Assembly (NCBI GenBank): GCA_049966155.1
Contig: JBMFVE010000001.1
Location: 654,916-718,915 of the forward strand
Direction: 5' to 3'
DNA from: Candidatus Kryptoniota bacterium
GTDB lineage: Bacteria; Bacteroidota; Ignavibacteria; Kryptoniales; JAKASW01
Length of the DNA: 64,000 nucleotides
How positions within the stretch are numbered: the first letter of the stretch is position 1; each line of letters starts with the position of its first letter. Positions 9,947 through 19,513 of the stretch are shown here, in pieces. The notes beneath the pieces were generated by a model. That model had not been told where the DNA came from, searched no databases, and saw nothing but the letters and a program-made list of their open reading frames with translations. Made by a program: the position numbers and the translations under genes.

Positions 9947-10082
9947 TGCTAACTTTCCATTCTTATGGTTAATGAAATGGCCTTGATGAGCTTTGTCAAG
10001 CGCCAATAGATTGATGCAAGCTTCATGCCACTTCATTTTCATAATTACCCCCTAAATATAAAAAATTATATGCTTTTTTTAT

Positions 10083-10179
10083 CTTTTAACTTGACGATAG
10101 TGGCAGGTTCACTTTCAGGCACTGCTTTTACATAAACAGTTTTATATTCCTTTTAACTTGACGATAGTGGCAGGTTCAC
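10083..10179. repeat. Two perfect 30-bp direct repeats with 67-bp periodicity in the serA-cytochrome intergenic region
   Basis: CTTTTAACTTGACGATAGTGGCAGGTTCAC occurs at 10083-10112 and again at 10150-10179. The flanks are partly similar (tttcaggcac vs cctgaggcgc). Confidence 0.9.
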
Positions 10180-10271
10180 CCTGAGGCGCCACGAGGTTTG
10201 AGGCAAAAAGCCCACCTGTTCAGAAAACCAACAAGCAGCGGAGGAAAGCATATTAGGAAACACTCTACATT

Positions 10272-11849
10272 TCAGAGTCTCACCATCCGCAATTCTGTAA
10301 CTCCTTCAATTTTTGATATTTCTTCAAGAGCATTTTCGGGTATCTCGCTGTCTACGCTCATTACAGTAAGTGCTTTCTCCCCCACAGAATATCGACCAAG
10401 AGATACACCACCAATGTTTACATTGCTGCTTGCTAACTTTGATCCAACAGCCGCAAGCATCCCGGGTCTGTCAATGTTATAGTAGAACAAAAATGTCCCT
10501 TCTGGAACAATTTCAAAGTGAAACTTGTCAATCCCGATTATTCTTATGTCATCCAGTCCAAAGACAGTCCCTGAAATAGCACGCTCCTCTTTGTCGGTTT
10601 CCACACTGACCTTCATCATCTGAGGGTAATGTTCCCCTTCCATCTCTTTGCTCTCACTGACTGAAATTCCAATTTCCTGCGCCACAAGAGGAGCATTGAC
10701 AAAGTTGACGGGTGAGGACATTAATCGATTAAGCAATCCTTTCAACACAGCAGTGGAGAGAAATTGTGTCACCTTGTGCAGCATCGTTCCACTGTAAGTA
10801 GCCTTAATTGAACGCACTTTTCCGTTCATCAGCTGAGCATGAAGAGCGCCTATCTTTTCCGCAAGCTGCAGATAGGCCCTGATTTCAGAACTAAATGCAG
10901 CCTGATAGTCCGAAATGTTAACGGCCCCGACAATCCCACGACCGTAAAATGCATCGACCATCTGTTCGGCAATTTGCTTGGCTACCTTCTCCTGAGCTTC
11001 TTCAGTCGACGCTCCCAGGTGCGGCGTTGCAACAACCTTTGGATGATGAAGCAGAGGATTGCCGATTGGCGGTTCCTTTTCGAACACATCGAGAGCAGCA
11101 CCAGCAACCTTCCCGCTTTCAAGTCCCTTCAAAAGTGCAACCTCATCAACAATTCCCCCTCTGGCACAGTTAATAATCCTCACTCCGTTCTTACACATCG
11201 AAATTTCATTTTCACTTATCATACCCCGCGTTTCAGGAGTAAGAGGAGTATGAACTGTAATGAAATCGGAACGGCGGAAAATCTCTGCAAGTGGTACAAG
11301 CTCTATTCCCAATTGAGAAGACAACTCGGTTGCCAGTAGAGGATCATATCCTATCACCTGCATTCCAAGAGCCTTTGCCCGAACTGCCACCTCTTTGCCC
11401 ACTTTTCCAAGTCCTATTACACCAAGGGTCTTCCCATAGACTTCGGTGCCCATATACTTCTTTCTTTCCCATTTACCCTGTTGAAGGGCTGCAAAGGATT
11501 GCGGAATATTCCTGGCAAGGGAAAGCATGAGCGATATTGTATGTTCAGCTGTGGAAATTGTATTGCCCCCAGGAGTGTTCATAACGATAATTCCCTTCCG
11601 GGTTGCAGCCTCGACGTCAATATTGTCAACTCCCGCCCCCGCACGGCCAATTATCTGCATCTTCCTCATTTCAGCTATGATATCCCTTGTAACCTTCGTA
11701 CCGCTGCGGACTATCATCCCGTCATAATCTCCAACAATTTTCTTTAGCTCATCGGATGGGAGACCCGGCTTCAAATCACATTCAATACCTGCTTTTGAAA
11801 AGATGTCGACGCATACCTGTTCAATTGGGTCACTTATCAGAACCTTCAT
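10272..11849 (-). CDS. serA: D-3-phosphoglycerate dehydrogenase (long form with C-terminal ACT domain)
   Basis: NAD-binding motif GVIGLGKVGKEVA, 2-hydroxyacid dehydrogenase blocks (NCARGGIVDE, TPHLGAST), 525 aa with an ACT-like tail. Confidence 0.9.
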   Translation of the reverse strand: MKVLISDPIEQVCVDIFSKAGIECDLKPGLPSDELKKIVGDYDGMIVRSGTKVTRDIIAEMRKMQIIGRAGAGVDNIDVEAATRKGIIVMNTPGGNTISTAEHTISLMLSLARNIPQSFAALQQGKWERKKYMGTEVYGKTLGVIGLGKVGKEVAVRAKALGMQVIGYDPLLATELSSQLGIELVPLAEIFRRSDFITVHTPLTPETRGMISENEISMCKNGVRIINCARGGIVDEVALLKGLESGKVAGAALDVFEKEPPIGNPLLHHPKVVATPHLGASTEEAQEKVAKQIAEQMVDAFYGRGIVGAVNISDYQAAFSSEIRAYLQLAEKIGALHAQLMNGKVRSIKATYSGTMLHKVTQFLSTAVLKGLLNRLMSSPVNFVNAPLVAQEIGISVSESKEMEGEHYPQMMKVSVETDKEERAISGTVFGLDDIRIIGIDKFHFEIVPEGTFLFYYNIDRPGMLAAVGSKLASSNVNIGGVSLGRYSVGEKALTVMSVDSEIPENALEEISKIEGVTELRMVRL

Positions 11850-12997
11850 TTGTTTACTCCTGAGTATTTAGCATACACTTTTTGAACAGCAGTAACTCCA
11901 GAACCTGGCTCAAATTTAAAATTCAAATCGTGCAGCGTCATCTCAAGAGCTGAAATCATTCCTACTATGTCTAGCTCATCATAGTACCCAAGGTGGGAAA
12001 TTCTGAAAATCTTCCCTTTCAAATGTTCCTGACCGCCAGCCGTTGTAATACCGTATTTCAACTTCAGTATCTTGTTGAATTGAGAATATTCAACTCCTGT
12101 GGGGACATTTACGGCTGTAACTGCGTGAGAAGCCGGGGACCCAAATAACTTTAAACCAATTGCCTCACAGCCTGATCGCACAGCTTCGGATAAGACTTTG
12201 TGCCTTTGCCAGATTTTCTCTATTGTTTCTTCCTTAATCATTCTCAATGCTTTTTCAAGACCAACAACTAACGTTACAGCAGGGGTCCAGGGTGTATCAT
12301 TGTCGGCAGCCGACTTAAAAGCTTTTTTTAAGCTGAAATAGTATTTCGGAAGGCTGGATGTTTCCATCATTTTCCTAGCACGTTCACTGGCAGCGACAAA
12401 AGCAAGGCCCGGAGGGATCATTAGGCCTTTTTGTGAACCCGTAACTATCACATCAATTCCCCATTCGTCAAAACGCATCTCATGAGCCCCAACAGACGTA
12501 ATGCCATCCACGATGACAGCAATATCATATTTTTCATGAACTGCCCTTGCAATTTCTTTTATATCTGTGAACACACCGGTAGATGTCTCGCTGTGCGTAA
12601 TAAAGACAGCTTTTACACCGGGATTTTTTTTAAGAGCATCGAGAATTAGCTCCGGATTGGGGGCAGTTCCCCATTCAACTTTAATTTCTACAGGCACAAC
12701 CCCATATGCTTTCATGATTTCCCCCCAGCGTTCTCCGAACTTGCCCAGGTTCACAAAGATTGCCTTGTCGCCCGCGGACAGCAGATTCGCCACCGATGCC
12801 TCCATTGCACCTGTTCCTGAACTCGTTAAAATTACGACGTCGTTTCTCGTTTGAAATAGGTATTTAAGATTTTCATTTACTGATTTAAGTACTTCGACAA
12901 ATTCTGGATTTCGATGATGAATAATAGGCTCCGCCATTGAGAGCATGACACTCTCGGGTATCGGCGTCGGCCCTGGTGTAAATAGTCTCTTTTTCAT
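11846..12997 (-). CDS. Class V PLP aminotransferase (serine-pyruvate/phosphoserine aminotransferase type)
   Basis: Starts FTPGPTP. TGSQKGL carries the PLP-lysine context. A 4-nt overlap with serA suggests a serine-biosynthesis role. Confidence 0.8.
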   Translation of the reverse strand: MKKRLFTPGPTPIPESVMLSMAEPIIHHRNPEFVEVLKSVNENLKYLFQTRNDVVILTSSGTGAMEASVANLLSAGDKAIFVNLGKFGERWGEIMKAYGVVPVEIKVEWGTAPNPELILDALKKNPGVKAVFITHSETSTGVFTDIKEIARAVHEKYDIAVIVDGITSVGAHEMRFDEWGIDVIVTGSQKGLMIPPGLAFVAASERARKMMETSSLPKYYFSLKKAFKSAADNDTPWTPAVTLVVGLEKALRMIKEETIEKIWQRHKVLSEAVRSGCEAIGLKLFGSPASHAVTAVNVPTGVEYSQFNKILKLKYGITTAGGQEHLKGKIFRISHLGYYDELDIVGMISALEMTLHDLNFKFEPGSGVTAVQKVYAKYSGVNK

Positions 12998-13169
12998 ATG
13001 GTCTCCAAATGATTTATAATTTTAATTTCAAATTATGAATTACAGGAATGTAAGTCAATCAACAACTGATCTCTTTCAGGAAACGATACCACAGAACCTT
13101 TTCTTTTTGTACAGTCAAAATTCGCCCAGCTTTGCATAAACGCAAAAGTTCTGGATCCGATTTGTCACA

Positions 13170-14138
13170 TCACATTTCCAAATGCTTCAGTACATTCTTG
13201 AAATCGGCAGGAAGCTCCGAATCGAAAAACATCATTTGATTTGACGCAGGATGTCTAAAGCCGATTGTTTTGGCGTGGAGAGCCTGCCTACTTATAAGAC
13301 GAAGCAAATTGGTGACCTCATTCTTAATACGAGAAGTAACTTCTACCTGTGAAATCCGCCTGCCGTGATAAACAGGATCTCCAAAAACAGGGTTCCCAAC
13401 ATGTGAAAGATGTACCCTTATTTGATGCGTTCGGCCAGTTTTCAACTTAAGCTGAACGAGCGATAGGTATTCAAATTCCTTCAGGACCTTGTATTCCGTC
13501 AGTGCAAACTTGCCACCCTCGACAACAGAAAACTTTTTTCTATCACTTTTACTTCTTCCAATACCGGCTTCAATAACTCCCTGAGTGTCTGGCATTTTAC
13601 CCCAGACAATTGCCCAATATTCCCGCCTGATTGTCCGATCCGAAAATTGCCTGGCAAGACTTGAGTGGGTATCATCATCCTTTGCTGCCAATATCAACCC
13701 ACTTGTGTCCTTGTCAAGTCGGTGCACTATCCCGGGTCTGATAGATGCATCATTTAAGGATGATAATTTATTGCAGTGATAAAGCAGTGCATTTACAAGA
13801 GTACCTGTCCAATTACCATGTCCGGGATGAGTAACCATTCCTGCAGGCTTATTTACCACGATGAGAAATTCATCTTCATAGACTATATCAAGCGGGATGT
13901 TTTCCGGAATCGCCTTATTCTGCGGGGCGGTTGTCATGATCCTGACCACAATTTTGTCTCCAGGAGAGATCCTGTAACTGGGCTTTACTTTAACTCCGTT
14001 TACCAGAACCATGGCAGCGGAAATGAGCTTCTGAACCTTTGCCCGTGTTAGACCCTCAACCTGCTTTACAAGAAACCTGTCTATCCGTTCTTTGTTTTTT
14101 TGCCCTGGTGCAACAAATAGTTCAACCTCGCGGAACAT
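13170..14138 (-). CDS. rluD: RluA-family 23S rRNA pseudouridine synthase (RluD-like)
   Basis: S4-like N-terminus (RIDRFL...SRAKVQKLI) and catalytic HRLDKDTSGLIL. The ATG at 14138 (MFREVE) is preferred; the track start at 14252 overlaps lspA heavily. Confidence 0.85.
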   Translation of the reverse strand: MFREVELFVAPGQKNKERIDRFLVKQVEGLTRAKVQKLISAAMVLVNGVKVKPSYRISPGDKIVVRIMTTAPQNKAIPENIPLDIVYEDEFLIVVNKPAGMVTHPGHGNWTGTLVNALLYHCNKLSSLNDASIRPGIVHRLDKDTSGLILAAKDDDTHSSLARQFSDRTIRREYWAIVWGKMPDTQGVIEAGIGRSKSDRKKFSVVEGGKFALTEYKVLKEFEYLSLVQLKLKTGRTHQIRVHLSHVGNPVFGDPVYHGRRISQVEVTSRIKNEVTNLLRLISRQALHAKTIGFRHPASNQMMFFDSELPADFKNVLKHLEM

Positions 14139-14820
14139 CTCCCTCGTTCTGGTCATGGCCTGAAAATATTCCATTTGTAGAAGACACCTCTTCAGAATGA
14201 TTTTGCATGTGGTCGTCAGATGCAGAAATTTCTGGTACACTTTTCTTCCCACTCCGATAAAATATCAATAGCAGCAGAACACCAACCGTCACCGCTGAAT
14301 CGGCAATGTTAAACACAGGCCAGCGAGAAAGGTGATATCCTAAAATATTTACGTTAAAAAAATCGACATCAATAAAGTCCACAACCCTGCCATGAAACAG
14401 AGAGCCCCCATCAAACAGATATCCATAGAAAACCCTGTCTATCAAGTTTCCAATTGCCCCACCCAGAATTAAAGCAAGTGAAAATCTAACAATCGGACGG
14501 TCATCGCGGACCCTATACAAATAATAAAAAATCGCAATGCTGGCTATGATTGAAAAAATGGCAAAGAAAGATTTCCATCCAAAATCGATTCCAAACGCCA
14601 TCCCTGGATTTTCTATGTATGTCAACCTCAGAAAGTTCCCAACCAGTGGCTTGCTTGAATAAAGGGACATACCATGAATGTCAATTCCAAGACCTGGAAT
14701 CTTTACCCCCCGCACCAATAGCTTTGTCAGCTGATCAAGGATTACAACAGCAAGAGTTACATAAAGCACATTCAAGTTATTGACCTCTCTTAATCTTACA
14801 TGACACGCAAAGTTGAGCAT
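14122..14820 (-). CDS. lspA: Lipoprotein signal peptidase II
   Basis: ILDQLTK, NPGMAFG and FNIADSAV motifs. The start is ambiguous: ATG 14820, or more likely TTG 14775, 1 nt after the dksA-like stop, which gives MNVLYVTLAVV. Confidence 0.85.
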   Translation of the reverse strand: MLNFACHVRLREVNNLNVLYVTLAVVILDQLTKLLVRGVKIPGLGIDIHGMSLYSSKPLVGNFLRLTYIENPGMAFGIDFGWKSFFAIFSIIASIAIFYYLYRVRDDRPIVRFSLALILGGAIGNLIDRVFYGYLFDGGSLFHGRVVDFIDVDFFNVNILGYHLSRWPVFNIADSAVTVGVLLLLIFYRSGKKSVPEISASDDHMQNHSEEVSSTNGIFSGHDQNEGDVPRG

Positions 14821-15283
14821 GGGGGACTGCCTCGAGCCGCGCCTTTTCAATTAATTTTCCACAGTCAAGACAAAATCCATAAACGCCTTTGTCGATTCTC
14901 TTCAGAGCATCATCAAGATACTCAAGGAATTTCCTCTGACGGGCAGCAAGAAGATAATTTTTCTCGCGCTCCATTGTGTCCGTTCCCTGTTCCATGTGTA
15001 ATGAGTATGGAGAATTCTCTTCGAAGTAATCCCCTCCTGAATTGTCAGAAAGTGAATCATGAATTAGCTCAAGCTCCTCTACAATCTGTTTCCTCTTTTC
15101 GAGGATGATTGAACGAAAATGCTCAAGATCAGCTTTGTTGTATCCTTTTTTTTGTTCAGGAACAGCTTTTGTTACAGGAGGTCTGGCTGCTTTTACAGTT
15201 CGCGCGACCCTTTTAGTGGCGCGCTTTTTAGCAGATGGCTTTGTTGCCTTCTTTACTGCATTCGCCTTAGAATTCTTTGCCAT
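14777..15283 (-). CDS. DksA/TraR-family C4 zinc-finger protein with a Lys/Ala-rich N-terminal extension
   Basis: Zinc finger CLDCGKLIEKARLEAVPHAQLCVSC. The first ~45 aa are MAKNSKANAVKKATKPSAKKRATKRVARTVKAARPPVTKAV. Confidence 0.8.
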   Translation of the reverse strand: MAKNSKANAVKKATKPSAKKRATKRVARTVKAARPPVTKAVPEQKKGYNKADLEHFRSIILEKRKQIVEELELIHDSLSDNSGGDYFEENSPYSLHMEQGTDTMEREKNYLLAARQRKFLEYLDDALKRIDKGVYGFCLDCGKLIEKARLEAVPHAQLCVSCKIKRGQ

Positions 15284-15298
15284 TATTTTAACGCTCCT

Positions 15299-18200
15299 TT
15301 AATTTGCTTTTTTAACAGAAATCCTGACCTTCCGGTTCTCAATTTCAACCTCTTCAGAAAACCCGCCGTCATTGGTAGATGTACTCAATTCTACAGCAAG
15401 AGTCTCTGACTTGATATAATCTCCCATTTTTTCAATTGCGGGAGCAAAATCAGTAGGACCATCGACATAAACACGAATTCTATCAGTGACCTCGAACCCT
15501 GCATCTTTTCTTATGTTTTGTATTCTGTTTACAAATTCTCTGGCTATCCCTTCGATTTTTAGTTGTTCATCTACTTCTGTGTCGAGCGCCACAGTGAGTG
15601 TCGCATCAGATTCGACAATCCATCCTGAAACCTCATGGGTAAATATTTCAACGTCATCTCTTCCAATGTTAAATGATTTCCCACCTGTTGTTAAAGTTAT
15701 AACACCTTTTGATTCGATTTCTTTAATTTCATCCCGCGACATGTTTTTAATACGCTCTGCAACGATTTTTACATCCTTGCCAAATTTCGGACCTATTATC
15801 TTGAAGTTGGGTTTGGCACCTTTGTTCACAAATTCTGAATCATCACCAACAAACTCGATTGCTTTAACATTTATTTCATCAAGAATCACCGGTTCCATTT
15901 CCTTAATGGTTTCAATTAAATGTTCAGAGGAAGTCGGGATGATGATTCTCTTCAAAGGCTGTCGAACTTTTACATTAGACTTAGCTCGCATCGCTCGAAC
16001 GAGATACACAATTCTTTCAGCAAGAGCCATTTTCTCTTCTAGCTTCGTATCAATTTCATTTTCTCTTACTTCCGGAAAATGCGCAAGGTGCACGGATTCA
16101 AAAGGCTCAAGTTTGGTAACCTCATTTAAATTCCTATATAACACATCTGACAAAAATGGCGCAAACGGAGCCATTAATTTTGTCAGTGTGATAAGACACT
16201 CATACAAAGTTTGATAAGCGGAGATCTTGTCCTTAGACATATCACCCTTCCAGAACCTTCTCCTGCTCCGTCTGACGTACCAATTAGAAAGTTGCTCAAT
16301 TGTAAATTCAGAAACAGCCCTTGCTGCTTTGGTAACATCATATTCATCCATTAACCCAGCGTAGTTCTTAAGAAGGGAGTTTAAAACCGAAATAATCCAG
16401 CGGTCTATCTCTAACCTTTCCTGAACAGGTAAACGTTCTTCCGCATATGTAAAGCCGTCAATATTTGCATACAACGTGAAGAAGGAATAGGTGTTCAGCA
16501 AAGTACTGAAAAATTTACGCTGTACTTCAACAAGCCCCTCTTCGTCAAATAGTTTTGGCTTGTAAGGTGGGCTTGAAGACACAAGGTACCACCTGACCGT
16601 ATCGGCACCATAGTCGGACACAACTTTGAAGGGATTTACAACGTTTCCCCTGGATTTTGACATTTTTTGCCCCTCTTTGTCCAGTATCAACTCGTGACTG
16701 ATAACAGCTTTGTAAGCCGGCTTATCGAATAAAAAGGTTCCTATTGCATGAAGAGAGTAAAACCAGCCACGGGTCTGATCGATCCCCTCTGCTATGAAAT
16801 CAGCAGGATAGTGCTTTTCAAACCATTCGCGATTTTCGAAAGGATAATGATACTGTGCAAACGGCATTGAGCCCGAATCGAACCAGACATCTATGAGTTC
16901 AGGAGTACGTCTCATATCGCCAGCACACTTGGGGCAGTTCATTGTGATATTATCAACAAACGGCTTATGCAAATCCAGATTGTCCGGCACATTTTTTCCT
17001 TTGGAACGCAGCTCATCCACACTGCCGATTGATTCCTGATAGCCACATTTAGAACATATCCATATGTTAAGTGGCGTTCCCCAGAACCTGTCTCGGGAAA
17101 GCGCCCAATCCTTATTTTCTTCAAGCCAGTTTCCAAATCGCCCTGTTCCAACCTCTGCGGGTACCCAGTTAATATTTTTGTTAAGCTCAACCATCCGGTT
17201 CGCAAATTTCGTTGTAGCAATGTACCAGGATTCCCTGGCGTAGTAAAGCAAAGGCGACTTGCACCGCCAGCAATGAGGATAACTGTGTGTGATTGTCTCC
17301 TTTTTGTAAAGGATCTTTCGTGACTTTAAATCCTGAATTATCTCAATATCAGCATCCTTAACGAACTTCCCGGCAAAAGGAATTACCTCAGATGTAAAGT
17401 TTCCACTCTTATCAACTGGCTGTAGCACAGGCAAGTCATATTGTCTGCCAACATTATAGTCATCTTCACCAAAAGCGGGTGCAATATGTACTATCCCCGT
17501 ACCATCTTCTGTACTTACAAAGTCACCGTGAATTACAAAGAATGCCTTACTCTCAACCGGGTGAAAATTATAAATTCTTTCATATTCTTTACCCACAAGT
17601 TCAGCCCCTTTAATCTGACTGATAATCCTGTAATCCCCATCCAGCACTGAAAGACGAGCGCGGGCAAGAACCAGGTATCTCCCATTGTGCTCAACCTTTA
17701 CATATTCGATATCATTTCCAACAGCTAGCGCAACATTGGAAATCAGTGTCCATGGTGTGGTTGTCCACACAAGAAAATAGGTGTTGTCCTCACCTTTAAT
17801 TTTCATTTGAACATAAACGGATGGATCTTTGTCCTCCTGATAGCCAAGTGCAACTTCGTGGGATGAGAGTGGAGTCTCACATCGAGGACAGTACGGCTGA
17901 ATTTTATATCCCTTGTATATAAGCCCCTTATCATGGAAATTCTTGAGTGCCCACCAGACAGATTCAATATAGCTATTATCACATGTGATATAGGCGTCAT
18001 TTAAGTCCACCCAGTAACCAATTCGTTCTGTCATTTCCTCCCAGTCATCCTTGTACTCAAAAACAGATTGCCTGCAGAGAGCATTGAATTTCTCCACCCC
18101 ATAGTCAACAATCTCATCTTTGTGTTTTAGTCCGAGTTTTTTTTCGACCTCAATTTCCACTGGAAGGCCATGAGTGTCCCACCCTGCTTTTCGGTGGACC

Positions 18201-18439
18201 TGATATCCCCTCATCGTTTTGTAGCGACAGACCAGATCTTTCAGTGTCCTGGCCATCACATGATGGATGCCGGGTCGTCCGTTTGCTGTGGGGGGACCTT
18301 CGTAAAATGTAAAATTTGGACCACCTTCCCTTGAAGTTATGCTTTTGTGAAAAATATTGTTTTTCTTCCAGAAATCTAAAATTTGCTGTTCAAGATCAGC
18401 GTATTTTATTTTATCACTTAATTCTTTGAATTTTTGCAA
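15299..18439 (-). CDS. ileS: Isoleucine--tRNA ligase (type 2, ~1046 aa)
   Basis: HIGH region PTANGRPGIHHV, KMSKS (KMSKSRGN), Zn-type CXXC pairs (CPRCETPL, CWRCKSPL, CSKCG, CPKCAG). The start is TTG at 18439. Confidence 0.95.
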   Translation of the reverse strand: MQKFKELSDKIKYADLEQQILDFWKKNNIFHKSITSREGGPNFTFYEGPPTANGRPGIHHVMARTLKDLVCRYKTMRGYQVHRKAGWDTHGLPVEIEVEKKLGLKHKDEIVDYGVEKFNALCRQSVFEYKDDWEEMTERIGYWVDLNDAYITCDNSYIESVWWALKNFHDKGLIYKGYKIQPYCPRCETPLSSHEVALGYQEDKDPSVYVQMKIKGEDNTYFLVWTTTPWTLISNVALAVGNDIEYVKVEHNGRYLVLARARLSVLDGDYRIISQIKGAELVGKEYERIYNFHPVESKAFFVIHGDFVSTEDGTGIVHIAPAFGEDDYNVGRQYDLPVLQPVDKSGNFTSEVIPFAGKFVKDADIEIIQDLKSRKILYKKETITHSYPHCWRCKSPLLYYARESWYIATTKFANRMVELNKNINWVPAEVGTGRFGNWLEENKDWALSRDRFWGTPLNIWICSKCGYQESIGSVDELRSKGKNVPDNLDLHKPFVDNITMNCPKCAGDMRRTPELIDVWFDSGSMPFAQYHYPFENREWFEKHYPADFIAEGIDQTRGWFYSLHAIGTFLFDKPAYKAVISHELILDKEGQKMSKSRGNVVNPFKVVSDYGADTVRWYLVSSSPPYKPKLFDEEGLVEVQRKFFSTLLNTYSFFTLYANIDGFTYAEERLPVQERLEIDRWIISVLNSLLKNYAGLMDEYDVTKAARAVSEFTIEQLSNWYVRRSRRRFWKGDMSKDKISAYQTLYECLITLTKLMAPFAPFLSDVLYRNLNEVTKLEPFESVHLAHFPEVRENEIDTKLEEKMALAERIVYLVRAMRAKSNVKVRQPLKRIIIPTSSEHLIETIKEMEPVILDEINVKAIEFVGDDSEFVNKGAKPNFKIIGPKFGKDVKIVAERIKNMSRDEIKEIESKGVITLTTGGKSFNIGRDDVEIFTHEVSGWIVESDATLTVALDTEVDEQLKIEGIAREFVNRIQNIRKDAGFEVTDRIRVYVDGPTDFAPAIEKMGDYIKSETLAVELSTSTNDGGFSEEVEIENRKVRISVKKAN

Positions 18440-18446
18440 ACTAAAA

Positions 18447-18686
18447 TCACCTCTTGGAAAAATATGAGATCAAATAAAATATTAATGTCAATATCAAACT
18501 GAGAACTATACTTGTAACTACAGGAAAATAAAATTGAAAATTTCTTTTCCTTATATAGATATCCCCGGGCAACCTCCCAAGAAACGGTATTCCAACTTTC
18601 TCGGCAAACATCAGTCCAAGACCGACAACAACTATTAGAGCCCCTACGACAACAAGCATCTTTCCAAATCCCTGAAGTTCCTGCAT
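18447..18686 (-). CDS. DUF2905-family small membrane protein
   Basis: 79 aa with two TM segments and the LGRLPGDIYI motif typical of DUF2905. Confidence 0.6.
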   Translation of the reverse strand: MQELQGFGKMLVVVGALIVVVGLGLMFAEKVGIPFLGRLPGDIYIRKRNFQFYFPVVTSIVLSLILTLIFYLISYFSKR

Positions 18687-18690
18687 GATC

Positions 18691-19512
18691 TTATATCCTT
18701 TCCACTATTGCTTTCATTAGTTTGGTCAACCGTGGCTCAGCCTCATTTGCCACCCGTATTATCTCCTGAACGTCGGCAGGAACAAGCGCATCAGGAAAAC
18801 ATTCATCAGTGATAACAGAAAGCCCGCACACCTTCATTCCCATATGAACAGCCACAATATCTTCCGGTACAGTGGACATTCCAACGGCATCAGCACCAAT
18901 CAGCCTCAAGAATCGATACTCAGCCGGCGTCTCAAGGCTTGGCCCTGTCATTGCAACAAATACTCCGCGCTCAAGCCTTATTTTGTTGTCAAGCGCAGCT
19001 TGAATGGCAATCTTGGCATATTCTTTTGAATATGGCTCACTCATATCAGGGAAACGGGGACCCAGCTCATTGTCATTTGGACCAATCAGTGGATTTGTTC
19101 CAAGAAGGTTAATATGATCAACAATTAGCATTATATCACCTTTCCTGAAATTTGGATTGAGGCCTCCTGCTGCGTTAGAGATTATAAGACTGCGGGCCCC
19201 GAGAAATTTCATTACCCTCACCGGGAGTGTAATTTGTTCCATTGTATATCCCTCGTAATAGTGAAACCTACCCTGCATGGCAACAACCTTTTTACCTCCA
19301 AGTTCTCCAAATATCAGTTTACCATGATGCGATTCCACTGTTGAAAGTGGAAAATGAGGGATATCGGAATAATCGATGACGACTTTATCATGAATTTCAT
19401 CCGCCAGTTTGCCTAGGCCTGTTCCGAGGATAATGCCCACACTTGGCTGAATCATCGTATGTTTCCTGATTAAGTCAACTGCATCCTGAATCTTTTTGCG
19501 AATTTCGCTCAT
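18691..19512 (-). CDS. punA: Purine nucleoside phosphorylase (PNP/MTAP family, PunA-type)
   Basis: GIILGTGLG, QGRFHYYEGY, ISNAAGG and GMSTVPE blocks. 273 aa. Confidence 0.85.
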   Translation of the reverse strand: MSEIRKKIQDAVDLIRKHTMIQPSVGIILGTGLGKLADEIHDKVVIDYSDIPHFPLSTVESHHGKLIFGELGGKKVVAMQGRFHYYEGYTMEQITLPVRVMKFLGARSLIISNAAGGLNPNFRKGDIMLIVDHINLLGTNPLIGPNDNELGPRFPDMSEPYSKEYAKIAIQAALDNKIRLERGVFVAMTGPSLETPAEYRFLRLIGADAVGMSTVPEDIVAVHMGMKVCGLSVITDECFPDALVPADVQEIIRVANEAEPRLTKLMKAIVERI

Positions 19513-19513
19513 T

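Noticed and set aside
9947-10042. Upstream 32-aa extension of the cytochrome ORF (MKMKWHEACINLL...)
   Set aside because: It would bury the obvious Sec signal peptide, which begins at Met 9946.
10083-10179. Mini-CRISPR interpretation of the 30-bp repeat / 37-bp spacer pair
   Set aside because: There are only two copies. No further degenerate copy occurs at +/-67 bp. The sequence just downstream of each repeat is itself partly similar, which spacers should not be. The repeat has no palindrome, and there are no cas genes in 64 kb. I kept it as a repeat/regulatory finding instead.
15486-16214. 242-aa ORF antisense to ileS. Similar antisense ORFs occur at 10839-11339 in serA, 26192-26755 in the receptor, 53479-53946 in nadK and 37764-38207 in lon.
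   Set aside because: These are shadow ORFs inside strongly supported genes. Their composition is low-complexity and Ser/Leu/Ile-rich, they have no motifs, and they have no independent RBS.
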